In this document: positions 48,909 through 58,654 of the stretch, piece after piece
Position numbering within the stretch: position 1 is the first letter of the stretch
Layout of the letters: each line of letters begins with the position of its first letter
From: an uncultured Prevotella sp.
GTDB taxonomy: Bacteria; Bacteroidota; Bacteroidia; Bacteroidales; Bacteroidaceae
DNA: 64,000 bases
Assembly: GCA_900770025.1 (NCBI GenBank)
Contig: CAAGIW010000051.1
Coordinates: 9,284 to 73,283 of the forward strand
Direction of reading: 5' to 3'
Position numbers and translations under genes: made by a program
The notes under the pieces: model-generated
What the model saw: the letters and a program-made list of their open reading frames with translations, nothing else
What the model was told of the DNA's origin: nothing
Database searches by the model: none

Positions 48909-49574
48909 TCAGAAAAATCGATACAGGTTTGTCACCGTTCCGAACAGGATAATCACCGAGAAGATAATCACCACTGCACCTATCACCTGGTTGATGAGGC
49001 GGATACCGTTGGTATCAAACTTGCCTCTGATTTTATCCACCAGCCATGTCAGGCCAAACCACCACAGCAATGCACCCGCCACAATGCTCATAAAGCCCAC
49101 AAACATCTCGAACGGATGGTCGGGCAACACGAAGGCAAACTGGGCATAGGTGGCCAAAAACAGGAAGATGATAAGGGGATTGGAGAACGTGACCAGAAAT
49201 GCGGTAAAGGCATTATGGAACAAGGTTCCCTTTCGGGTGCCCGAGCGATGCATCTTGCGGGTGGGGTCGGTGCGGTATGTGTAGATGCCAAACGCCAGCA
49301 GCATGATACTTCCAGCAATCTGCAGATACCAGCGATACTGCTGGTTATTGATGAAGTCCATCACATAGCTCATGCCATACCCCGCAATGCCAGCATAGAT
49401 GATATCGCTCAAGGCCGCACCTATTCCGGTAATAAAGCCATACCATCTGCCCTTGTTCAGCGTACGCTGCACACAAAGCACTCCCACAGGTCCCATCGGT
49501 GCCGATGCTATGATTCCTATGAGCATCCCCTTGAACACGAAATCAAGTATGTTGATTTGAATTTGAAACGGCAT
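48909..49574 (-). CDS. LysE family translocator
   Basis: APMGPVGVLCVQRTL..G..GF..GIGAALSD and TFSNP; about 6 TM segments. Confidence 0.88.
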   Translation of the reverse strand: MPFQIQINILDFVFKGMLIGIIASAPMGPVGVLCVQRTLNKGRWYGFITGIGAALSDIIYAGIAGYGMSYVMDFINNQQYRWYLQIAGSIMLLAFGIYTYRTDPTRKMHRSGTRKGTLFHNAFTAFLVTFSNPLIIFLFLATYAQFAFVLPDHPFEMFVGFMSIVAGALLWWFGLTWLVDKIRGKFDTNGIRLINQVIGAVVIIFSVIILFGTVTNLYRFF

Positions 49575-49758
49575 AACAAATGCAAAGGTGGCAAATTATT
49601 ATGAGATACACAAGTTTTTATTTCAAAACTTTGTCCAGTCAAGGTTTTTTCATAACTTTGCATGAGTGGGGCTGCACAGATTGGCACCCACACATTCCTA
49701 CGACTATTCATTGACAAGACAATCTGTAGAATATTAACTTGAAACGATCTTCAACATT

Positions 49759-50736
49759 ATGAATGCACAAACGATTTTGAAGCCCTATGTCATTGGTCTT
49801 GACTTAGGAGGCACCAACTCCGTGTTCGGCATTGTAGATAACAGGGGCGAGATAAAAGCCACCACAGCCATCAAAACCCAAGGCTACAACACCGCAGAAG
49901 AATACGTAAAGGCATCTGTGGATGCACTCCACATCATCATCGACCAGGTGGGAGGAATAGAGAAAATCAAGTCCATGGGCATCGGCGCACCCAACGCCAA
50001 TTATTACAAGGGCACCATCGAGAATGCTCCCAACATCCTTTGGGCAAAGGGCACCGTGCCATTGGCAGAGATGTTCAGCCAGGCCTTGGGTATCCCCGTG
50101 GCCATGACCAACGATGCCAATGCGGCCGCCATCGGCGAAATGGCATACGGAGTGGCACGCGGAATGAAGAACTTTATCATGATTACTTTAGGCACAGGTG
50201 TGGGCTCGGGCATTGTTGTTAACGGACAATTAGTGTATGGCAGCGACAGCTATGCCGGCGAACTGGGTCACGTCACCATGGTGCGCGAGAACGGACGCCT
50301 CTGCGGATGCGGCAGAAAGGGATGCTTAGAGGCTTATTGCTCTGCCACCGGTGTGGCACGCACGGCCCGCCAGATGCTGGAAGAGAGCACCGAGCCATCG
50401 CTGCTCAGAGAGATGAATGCAGCAGACATCACCTCATTAGACGTAAGCATTGCAGCCGGCAAGGGCGACAAACTGGCCAACGACGTGTTTCTGTTCACGG
50501 GTAAGATGCTGGGCGAGGCCTGTGCAGACTTTGCCACCTTCTGCAGTCCCGAAGCCTTTGTGTTCTTCGGAGGCCTGACCAAAGCCGGCGACCTGTTGAT
50601 GGATCCCCTCATCGAGGCCTACAACAACCACGTGTTCAGCGCATACAAGGGAAAGGCACAGTTTCTGATAAGCGCTTTGGACGGATCTTCGGCTGCCGTG
50701 CTCGGTGCCAGTGCCATTGGCTGGGAGATACAATAA
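49759..50736 (+). CDS. ROK family sugar kinase (glucokinase-like)
   Basis: GLDLGGT, NDANAAAIGE, LGTGVGSG, AGELGH and CGCG..GCLE; promoter TTTG-N19-TAACTTTG at 49630..49660. Confidence 0.92.
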   Translation: MNAQTILKPYVIGLDLGGTNSVFGIVDNRGEIKATTAIKTQGYNTAEEYVKASVDALHIIIDQVGGIEKIKSMGIGAPNANYYKGTIENAPNILWAKGTVPLAEMFSQALGIPVAMTNDANAAAIGEMAYGVARGMKNFIMITLGTGVGSGIVVNGQLVYGSDSYAGELGHVTMVRENGRLCGCGRKGCLEAYCSATGVARTARQMLEESTEPSLLREMNAADITSLDVSIAAGKGDKLANDVFLFTGKMLGEACADFATFCSPEAFVFFGGLTKAGDLLMDPLIEAYNNHVFSAYKGKAQFLISALDGSSAAVLGASAIGWEIQ

Positions 50737-50762
50737 GGGAAGACTCTTGCTGAGACACCTGC

Positions 50763-50795
50763 AAAAAAAGGGGTTGGAACAGGACGTTCCAACCC
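50763..50795 (-). terminator. Intrinsic terminator (10-bp perfect stem plus U7)
   Basis: GGGTTGGAAC-N5-GTTCCAACCC with an A7 run on the + strand. Confidence 0.85.
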
Positions 50796-50845
50796 ACTAT
50801 CGCGGACTGATAAGGTCCATCAGCAATGACTGATGCCATCTTATC
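50763..50845 (-). ncRNA. Candidate stand-alone small RNA (~83 nt)
   Basis: Promoter immediately upstream; 5' hairpin GATAAG..CATCAG/CTGATG..CTTATC; 13-nt linker; terminator GGGTTGGAAC/GTTCCAACCC followed by a U-tract. Confidence 0.7.
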
Positions 50846-50849
50846 GCTG

Positions 50850-50881
50850 CAAATATAGCACATTAAAAGATATACGCCAAA
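50850..50881 (-). promoter_or_regulatory. Promoter for the candidate sRNA
   Basis: TTTG-N20-TATATTTG on the minus strand. Confidence 0.75.
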
Positions 50882-51005
50882 TATTTTTCGTTAATTTTTT
50901 TAGTTTCCATATAAATTTCACTCGCCGGAAACCATGAAGAATTGAAACAACAGACTTACATCTAAATCCAGTCATTAGACTGTTTTGCGCAAACACGACA
51001 ATAAT

Positions 51006-51036
51006 TTTGCTGATTCTAAATAAATTAGTAACTTTG
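51006..51036 (+). promoter_or_regulatory. Promoter for the DUF3791-DUF3990 module
   Basis: TTTG-N19-TAACTTTG. Confidence 0.7.
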
Positions 51037-51101
51037 CGTAACAAAGGATTTCTCACGATGTGAGAGATTTGCCATAACTCTACAGAAGATAAAACGGTCG
51101 T

Positions 51102-51323
51102 ATGTCAAGAGAAGAACATAACAAAATTGGGTTTATTGTATGCTTGATTAGTGAGTTTGCAAAAAAATACAGCATCCTCCCAAACCAAGCATATCAATAT
51201 CTTAAACGTCATAAAGGTTTGGAGCACTTATATCAGCACTACAATGTACTGCACACTTTTTCATTTGCAGATTCTGTAGATTGCATTTATCAGATTTGCC
51301 AAAATAATGGAGGGAAGTTGTAA
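51102..51323 (+). CDS. DUF3791 family protein
   Basis: FIVCLISEFAK..AYQYL..HYNVLHTFS. Confidence 0.82.
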   Translation: MSREEHNKIGFIVCLISEFAKKYSILPNQAYQYLKRHKGLEHLYQHYNVLHTFSFADSVDCIYQICQNNGGKL

Positions 51324-51814
51324 TGATAAGACTATACCACGGTTCAAACGTAGAAGTTGTTAAGCCAGATTTGCACAAATCCAAGCCATACAAGGATTTT
51401 GGACAAGGTTTTTATCTTTCTGATGACAAGCAGCAAGCATGGGATTTAGCTTACAATAAGGTGGAACAGCTAAAATCTGGGAAAGCAACGGTCAGCACCT
51501 ACATGTTTGATGATTCCGTGATGTTTTCAAATGAACTCAATATAAAGATTTACAAGGATTATTCAGAAGAATGGGCAGAGTTTGTTTTACGGAATCGAGA
51601 CCAAACCCTACCACAACCTTCGCATAATTATGACATTGTCTATGGACCCATTGCAGACGACGGAGTCACATTTCAGTTAAGGAGATATCGTGGCGGAGTT
51701 ATTTCCATGGAAAAGCTGATAGAGGAACTTAAATATGCAAAAGGAATAACATTTCAATATTTCTTTGGAACAGAAAAAGCATTAACCAGATTACAATATG
51801 ACACGACTGAATGA
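51323..51814 (+). CDS. DUF3990 family protein (ADP-ribosyltransferase-like motifs)
   Basis: LYHGS, DFGQGFYL, YSEEWAEFV..NR, YDIVYGPIADD and QYFF; TAATG coupling to the upstream gene. Confidence 0.85.
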   Translation: MIRLYHGSNVEVVKPDLHKSKPYKDFGQGFYLSDDKQQAWDLAYNKVEQLKSGKATVSTYMFDDSVMFSNELNIKIYKDYSEEWAEFVLRNRDQTLPQPSHNYDIVYGPIADDGVTFQLRRYRGGVISMEKLIEELKYAKGITFQYFFGTEKALTRLQYDTTE

Positions 51815-52031
51815 GCAACAAATAGAAATCATGAAAGACGAGTTGGCGATAGAATTGGCAGACTGGCTAATGAAAACCTATGGTTACTCTGCGGCAGAGG
51901 CATTGGATATCCTCTATACTTCTGAGACTTTTGACCGCCTCCAGAATTCTTCCACAGGATTCTACTACCAAAGTGTGGGTTACGTGGCTTCCTTTTTGCA
52001 GAACGAGGTGGAAAAGGCTGTGTTCTGTTAG
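51798..52031 (+). CDS. Small acidic helical protein (DUF3791-like partner)
   Basis: EALDILYTSETF..L..TGFYYQS..Y; overlaps the DUF3990 stop. Confidence 0.7.
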   Translation: MTRLNEQQIEIMKDELAIELADWLMKTYGYSAAEALDILYTSETFDRLQNSSTGFYYQSVGYVASFLQNEVEKAVFC

Positions 52032-52047
52032 ATGTGCAAATAATCAA

Positions 52048-53106
52048 ATGAGTAATCACGTTGTAAAACCAAGACTGCAGTGGGTAGATACAGCCAAGGG
52101 GATATGTATTCTTCTGGTTATCCTATACCACACCACCGAACACATCATGGATTTGAGTCCCTCCCTGCGCGACATGCTCAGAGCCGCCCGAATGCCCCTG
52201 TACTACACCATTGCCGGATTGTTCGTCTCCGTCAGGAATCCTAAAACATTCCTGAGCAAGAAATTCAACAGGCTGATTGTCCCGTTCTGTTTCTTCGTTC
52301 TTTTGGGAGATCTCGCAGGCTATCTCACATCCATCGCCGACGGCACGGATTTCACCTACTTCTCTCCCCTCTACTATGCCATCACCGAAGACACGGAAAG
52401 ACAATTCTTCAACCCTCCCATCTGGTTTCTCATCTCGCTCTTTGATGTTTACATCATATTCATGCTCATAGAGAAAGTAGCAGGATATTGCGGAAAACAT
52501 GCCACGCTGACCAAGACTGTGCTGGCCTTATTCGCCGGTTTTTGCGGCATCAGATGCAACAGAATGTGCATTGACTTGCCGTTCTTTATAGACACCTCTC
52601 TCACCGCCACACCCTTTTTCATCTTCGGGCATATCGTGATGTCGAGAACAGGCATTCTCAAGAAAGACTACAACAGATACATCAGTCTTGCCCTTTCGGT
52701 CATATTGCTCGGCATCGCCCTGCTCACCGCCCATGGAGATATCGAATATTACCGAAACAACATCAGAGCATCAGTATTCCATACATACATTCCGGGCGTG
52801 ATAGGTGTGGCTGGCATCCTCCTATTTGCAAAAGCGATTGGCACCATTCCGGTCATTACAAGAATCGGAAGATATTCCATTGTGTATTTGGGCACGCACT
52901 ATTTGTTTTTCAGAGACCTGAAGGAACTGTTCGAGCCGCTTGTGAGCCAGCACCACGAGATATGGCTTGATGTATTGACATTCAGTTCCACCGTAGCGCT
53001 GTCGGCTGCAGCTTGCTGGGTGTTGCTCAAGACTGTGCCGTTTCTCATAGCGCAGAAGGATATCGTGCATTTCGGAGAATGCTCCGAAGAAAAGGAACGA
53101 ACGTAG
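52048..53106 (+). CDS. Acyltransferase family 3 (membrane O-acyltransferase)
   Basis: R..WVDTAKGICILLVILYH, RLIVPF, PIWFL and GRYSIVYLGTH; start reassigned to 52048. Confidence 0.88.
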   Translation: MSNHVVKPRLQWVDTAKGICILLVILYHTTEHIMDLSPSLRDMLRAARMPLYYTIAGLFVSVRNPKTFLSKKFNRLIVPFCFFVLLGDLAGYLTSIADGTDFTYFSPLYYAITEDTERQFFNPPIWFLISLFDVYIIFMLIEKVAGYCGKHATLTKTVLALFAGFCGIRCNRMCIDLPFFIDTSLTATPFFIFGHIVMSRTGILKKDYNRYISLALSVILLGIALLTAHGDIEYYRNNIRASVFHTYIPGVIGVAGILLFAKAIGTIPVITRIGRYSIVYLGTHYLFFRDLKELFEPLVSQHHEIWLDVLTFSSTVALSAAACWVLLKTVPFLIAQKDIVHFGECSEEKERT

Positions 53107-53111
53107 GGAGG

Positions 53112-53912
53112 CTATTTCCGAAGATAGAGAAAACAGCGTGACAAAAAGAACAAAGCTCTCAATACAACGGGCATACGATACGAGCACATTGCTTTGTCCA
53201 TCTTCAGCGCATTGCCCAGCATGTCAAAGGCAAACCTGTTGTTGTTTGCCGTCTTGGGCGTGTACTGATTGCCCGTAGAGCCCGAAACGCCCTCAATCAA
53301 AGGCACTTTGAGGAAGGGAACATATACAAAGGAGCACCGAGAGACGAGCGATTCAAACAGGATATGTTCAAAGAAGATGCCCTCAGAATCGCTGATCTGC
53401 TCCTTTCTCGACAGAAAGTTGTCTGTGACAAACGATTTCGGCGCAATAAACACCCTGCTGTCTATCATCCGGTTATTCGGGTAGAATGTCTGTATGGTTG
53501 GTGTCATCATCCTGCCGTTATCCCTTACCAGCGCACCAATGTTTCTCACCGTCAGCCTGCCCGTAATCTTCACCACAAAGTCACATGCTGCCAGCAGGCG
53601 CGAACGGCCGAACGCTTCTCCCATTATCAGCGCCTCGCCATATCCCTTGCCCCTGCACCTGTCAAAGCCATTGCCGTCGAAGGTGATGTATTCCAGTCGC
53701 CCTTCGTTGATGTAGTTGCGGTAATCTTCGCTGAAGTCGCAGAGCGTGTTTTCACAGAACACCACGGGCAATGAGGTTTGGCAAAGATAGAAGTTGAGCG
53801 CCTCCCGATACTGTCGCAGGCGTTCCGATGTGTCAACCAGTGTGGTGAATGGCATTCCACCTGGGTTGACACACGCCGTCAGCAATATGACATATTTTCT
53901 GTTCGCTTTCAT
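53112..53912 (-). CDS. Hypothetical protein of glycan loci (possible GT-A-like fold)
   Basis: ILLTACVNP, GKGYGE and KITGRL motifs; downstream of wzt. Confidence 0.55.
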   Translation of the reverse strand: MKANRKYVILLTACVNPGGMPFTTLVDTSERLRQYREALNFYLCQTSLPVVFCENTLCDFSEDYRNYINEGRLEYITFDGNGFDRCRGKGYGEALIMGEAFGRSRLLAACDFVVKITGRLTVRNIGALVRDNGRMMTPTIQTFYPNNRMIDSRVFIAPKSFVTDNFLSRKEQISDSEGIFFEHILFESLVSRCSFVYVPFLKVPLIEGVSGSTGNQYTPKTANNNRFAFDMLGNALKMDKAMCSYRMPVVLRALFFLSRCFLYLRK

Positions 53913-53932
53913 CGCAAGTGATGGACAAGTCC

Positions 53933-55201
53933 CTATGAGAGGTCATCCAGACCAATCAGTCCGTTGTCATTCTGATTCATGGCAGAGCCGAATCCCGACT
54001 GGAATCCCTGTGTCTCAAGCACGGCACAGTCGGGCGCCTTAAGCTGAAACTCCACCATGGGATGGTGCATCAGCAGGTCCACGTGCAGATAACCACGGGT
54101 TAGGATCTTGGGCAGTTCCACAGTCTTTCGGATGGTGAAATCCCCTGCCGGCAACTTCAGCAGATTGCCGTAATAATGGCCGGGGGCAAAGGTGGCCAGG
54201 GGCAGCCCCTCCTTGTTGTTGAACACAAGCATCACATCTGTAGTGATGGGCTCGTCGGTGTGGCCGGCTATCTCCACCTCCAGCGTCTTCTGGTTGGAGA
54301 CGATGGTACTTTCAGCGTTCTCAGAACCGTTGATACTTATCCTGCCAATGCTCATGGAAGGCTTTGTCCACTTCACCCTGTCGATGATGCGTGTGTCGGA
54401 AGCATGGGTTCCGGTCTGCAGATAACGGCTCACGCTCGACTCTATGTCTCCCGTGTATTCTATGCTTCCGTTTTTCATCACCACCCCTTTCTTGCACAGG
54501 CTTTTCACTGCCGCCATGTTGTGACTCACAAAAAGCACAGTCCTGCCCTGTCCGCTTGCCACGTCGTGCATCTTTCCTATGGCCTTTTTCTGAAATTCGG
54601 CATCTCCCACGGCCAGCACCTCGTCCACCACCAGGATTTCGGGGTCGAGGTGGGCGGCAATGGCAAAGCCCAAGCGCACTATCATCCCCGACGAATAGCG
54701 CTTCACAGGGGTGTCGAGATACTTCTCCACACCCGCAAAATCCACTATCTCATCAAGCTTGCGGGTGATTTCCGCCCTCGTCATGCCCATGATAGAGCCG
54801 TTCATATAGATGTTCTCACGACCAGTCATCTCGGGATGGAAGCCCGTGCCCACTTCGAGCAGCGAGGCAATGCGGCCCTTTATCCTGATGGTGCCCACCG
54901 TGGGCGACGTGACACGCGACAGGATTTTCAGCAGTGTTGACTTTCCTGCACCATTCTTGCCGATGATGCCCACCACATCGCCCTGCTCCACACTGAAGGA
55001 TATGTCTTTCAGCGCCCACACAAAGCGGCTGTCTCCCTTCTTCGTGCGGTCATTCACTTCGCCCACCTTCAGGTAGGGGTCTTCCTTTCCGCGGACACGC
55101 GCCCACCATCGGTTCAGGTCCTGGCTCAGCGTACCGGTGCCAAAGGTTCCAAGCACATACTGCTTGCCCACTCCCTCAAATTCTATCACTTTTCTGCTCA
55201 T
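53933..55201 (-). CDS. Polysaccharide ABC transporter ATP-binding protein (Wzt-like) with C-terminal domain
   Basis: GKNGAGKST, YSSGM, VDEVLAVGD and FVSH. Confidence 0.92.
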   Translation of the reverse strand: MSRKVIEFEGVGKQYVLGTFGTGTLSQDLNRWWARVRGKEDPYLKVGEVNDRTKKGDSRFVWALKDISFSVEQGDVVGIIGKNGAGKSTLLKILSRVTSPTVGTIRIKGRIASLLEVGTGFHPEMTGRENIYMNGSIMGMTRAEITRKLDEIVDFAGVEKYLDTPVKRYSSGMIVRLGFAIAAHLDPEILVVDEVLAVGDAEFQKKAIGKMHDVASGQGRTVLFVSHNMAAVKSLCKKGVVMKNGSIEYTGDIESSVSRYLQTGTHASDTRIIDRVKWTKPSMSIGRISINGSENAESTIVSNQKTLEVEIAGHTDEPITTDVMLVFNNKEGLPLATFAPGHYYGNLLKLPAGDFTIRKTVELPKILTRGYLHVDLLMHHPMVEFQLKAPDCAVLETQGFQSGFGSAMNQNDNGLIGLDDLS

Positions 55202-55259
55202 AACAAGTCATATCACAGTTTATCGGGTGATGCAAAACGAGCCACGGCACATGGCTGCC

Positions 55260-55344
55260 ACAATCACAGTGAACAAAGTTACAGAATTATTTTGGATGAC
55301 AGATGACTTCTGCAAGATTTTTTGATGCTGCGATGGCAAAATAC
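55260..55344 (+). mobile_element. Degenerate IS982-family transposase N-terminal remnant
   Basis: Reads ITVNKVTELFWMTDDFCKIF, then after a frameshift in a T-run DAAMAKY. This matches, from memory, the Bacteroidales IS982 start pattern MIT.DKVTE.FC..DDFCK.FD. Confidence 0.65.
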
Positions 55345-55403
55345 GGCAGTCGATATGCCAGAAATCCATGATTGTGCAACGGGGTCCAATCGCCCTGTTT
55401 TCC

Positions 55404-55535
55404 AAAACTGCCAGTTTTGCATTCTAAAACTGCCGGTTTTGCATTCTAAAACTGCCAGTTTTGCATTCCAAAAGTGGCAGTTTTGCGTTCCAAAAGTGGC
55501 AGTTTTGCAACCCAAAAGTGGCAGTTTTGCAAAAC
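55404..55535 (+). repeat. 22-bp tandem array C (6 units)
   Basis: Cores CTGCCAG, CTGCCGG, CTGCCAG, then GTGGCAG x3; ends GCAAAAC. Confidence 0.93.
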
Positions 55536-55845
55536 AACACACAAAAGGCTGTCTGACAACGGTATTTACACACGCTCCAACAAGTACGCCGCTGTGTTCA
55601 GTTTATCCACTTCTTGTGTCATTATTCCATCAGAACACGACCACAAAATCAAGAATTATCCGCTGAAATACTTCCATAAATTTGCATCCGTCAGGCATTA
55701 TTCGTAATTTTGCATCCTCGCCGCTTGCAAGGAGTTTGATGCAAACGGCAGAGGAGACATGGCACATACCGTTGGAACATCCTGGTATAAAGGCATTTGA
55801 AAAGAGAATCAGAAAGCACCTCAACAAACCACTCAAACGGCAAAG

Positions 55846-56553
55846 ATGGAATTATTGCAAACATGGCTGGACTACTGCAACGTGCCCATATTGACAGCAC
55901 TGCTGCTTGGACTGTTTACCGCAGTAAACCCCTGTCAGTTAGTTACCAACATCACTGCCATCGGATTTATCGGCAAGAACCTGAAAAGCAAGAACCGCAT
56001 ATTCCTGTATGGCATGATCTACACCTTGGGGCGTGTGCTCACATACACCTCGCTCGGTGCTCTGCTCATCTACATGCTGCACAGCGGTTTAGACACCCTT
56101 CACCTGCAGTCTGCGGTGAGCCAGTGGGGCGAGCGACTGCTTGCTCCCGTGCTGTTGGCCATAGGCATCCTGATGCTGCTCGACAACCACCTGCACACCT
56201 GCCGATGGGGGAAAAACGTAACCGACAGGGCCGAATGGCTGAGAGGGGCATGGGGCAGCGTGTTGCTGGGCATGGTATTTGCCATGGCCTTCTGCCCTGC
56301 CAGTGCCTTTATGTTTTTCGGCATCCTCATCCCCCTGTCGGCCACCACTGCCGGCGGCTATACCCTGCCCGCGATCTATGCCATCGCCACAGGACTGCCC
56401 GTGGTGGCTGTGTCGTGGATCATCGCCCACAGCATGACAAGCATTTCTGGCATCTACTCCAAGATACAGGTATTCCAACAACGGCTCAACCGCTTGGTGG
56501 CCCTTCTGTTCATCCTTGCCGGCCTGTACTTCATCCATGTATATTTTGAATAG
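55846..56553 (+). CDS. DsbD/CcdA-like membrane protein (ArsG-type permease family)
   Basis: AVNPC..TNITAIGFI, YTLGR and FAMAFCP (two conserved PC/CP Cys); promoter TTTG-N20-TAATTTTG at 55681..55712. Confidence 0.75.
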   Translation: MELLQTWLDYCNVPILTALLLGLFTAVNPCQLVTNITAIGFIGKNLKSKNRIFLYGMIYTLGRVLTYTSLGALLIYMLHSGLDTLHLQSAVSQWGERLLAPVLLAIGILMLLDNHLHTCRWGKNVTDRAEWLRGAWGSVLLGMVFAMAFCPASAFMFFGILIPLSATTAGGYTLPAIYAIATGLPVVAVSWIIAHSMTSISGIYSKIQVFQQRLNRLVALLFILAGLYFIHVYFE

Positions 56554-56619
56554 TCATTTTCCCACCCTTTAGGAAAGAAGAAGGGCAGGAATCGCAACCG
56601 GAAATGCCTGCCGACCCGC

Positions 56620-56817
56620 CTATCTGAGCTGCGCCTTATAGTCGGATATCGACATGCCGGTGCGCTTCTTGAAATATCGGCACACATAAGACGTGTCGGG
56701 AAAATGCAGGCGGAGGGCAATCTGTTCTGCGGTCAGCGAGGTGTTCTTGACCAGGTATTTCATCTCCGACACCACTTGTCGGTCTATGGCTTCTTTGGGC
56801 GACTCCTTGCACACAAT
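56620..56817 (-). pseudogene. AraC-family regulator C-terminal HTH fragment
   Basis: SPKEAID..EMKYLVKNTSLTAEQIALRLHFPDTSYVCRYFKKRTGMS..DYK; the 5' part is replaced by repeat array D. Confidence 0.8.
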
Positions 56818-56831
56818 TCGGGGTGATTTCT

Positions 56832-56919
56832 AAAACGGTGCGTTTTGCATTCTAAAACGGTGCGTTTTGCATTCTAAAACGGTGCGTTTTGCGTTCCAAA
56901 ATGGTGCGTTTTGCAAAAC
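56832..56919 (+). repeat. 22-bp tandem array D (4 units)
   Basis: AAAA(C/T)GGTGCGTTTTGC.. units; ends GCAAAAC. Confidence 0.93.
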
Positions 56920-56983
56920 CGATGTGCAGGGAGTGAAAAAACGAAACTTATTGCATGAGGTTTATACCAAACTCACGTGAAGC

Positions 56984-57022
56984 AAAAAAAAGGATGGCCC
57001 TCTCTCGATGGCTCATCCTTTT
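56984..57022 (-). terminator. Intrinsic terminator downstream of uxaC
   Basis: AAAAGGATG-GCC...GGC-T-CATCCTTTT stem with an A8 run on the + strand. Confidence 0.65.
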
Positions 57023-57066
57023 CTCATTTAACTAATGATGCTGTTCTGTCAGCAACTTTGTCTTTA

Positions 57067-58467
<1,401 letters not shown>

Positions 58468-58654
58468 GATTCTTTGTTTTTAGTGAATATATTTCAGTAA
58501 TTATGTTCTTCATGTAGGCAGGTTTGGCAAGCATGGGAAAAAGGAAGCCGTTCCGGCGCCCGCCGCTTGCTTTGCATTGCCTATGCAAAAATAGGAAAAA
58601 CTTTCTGTAATATACGTATTTTTAATTATTTTTGCACCAAAATTCACGAAAACG

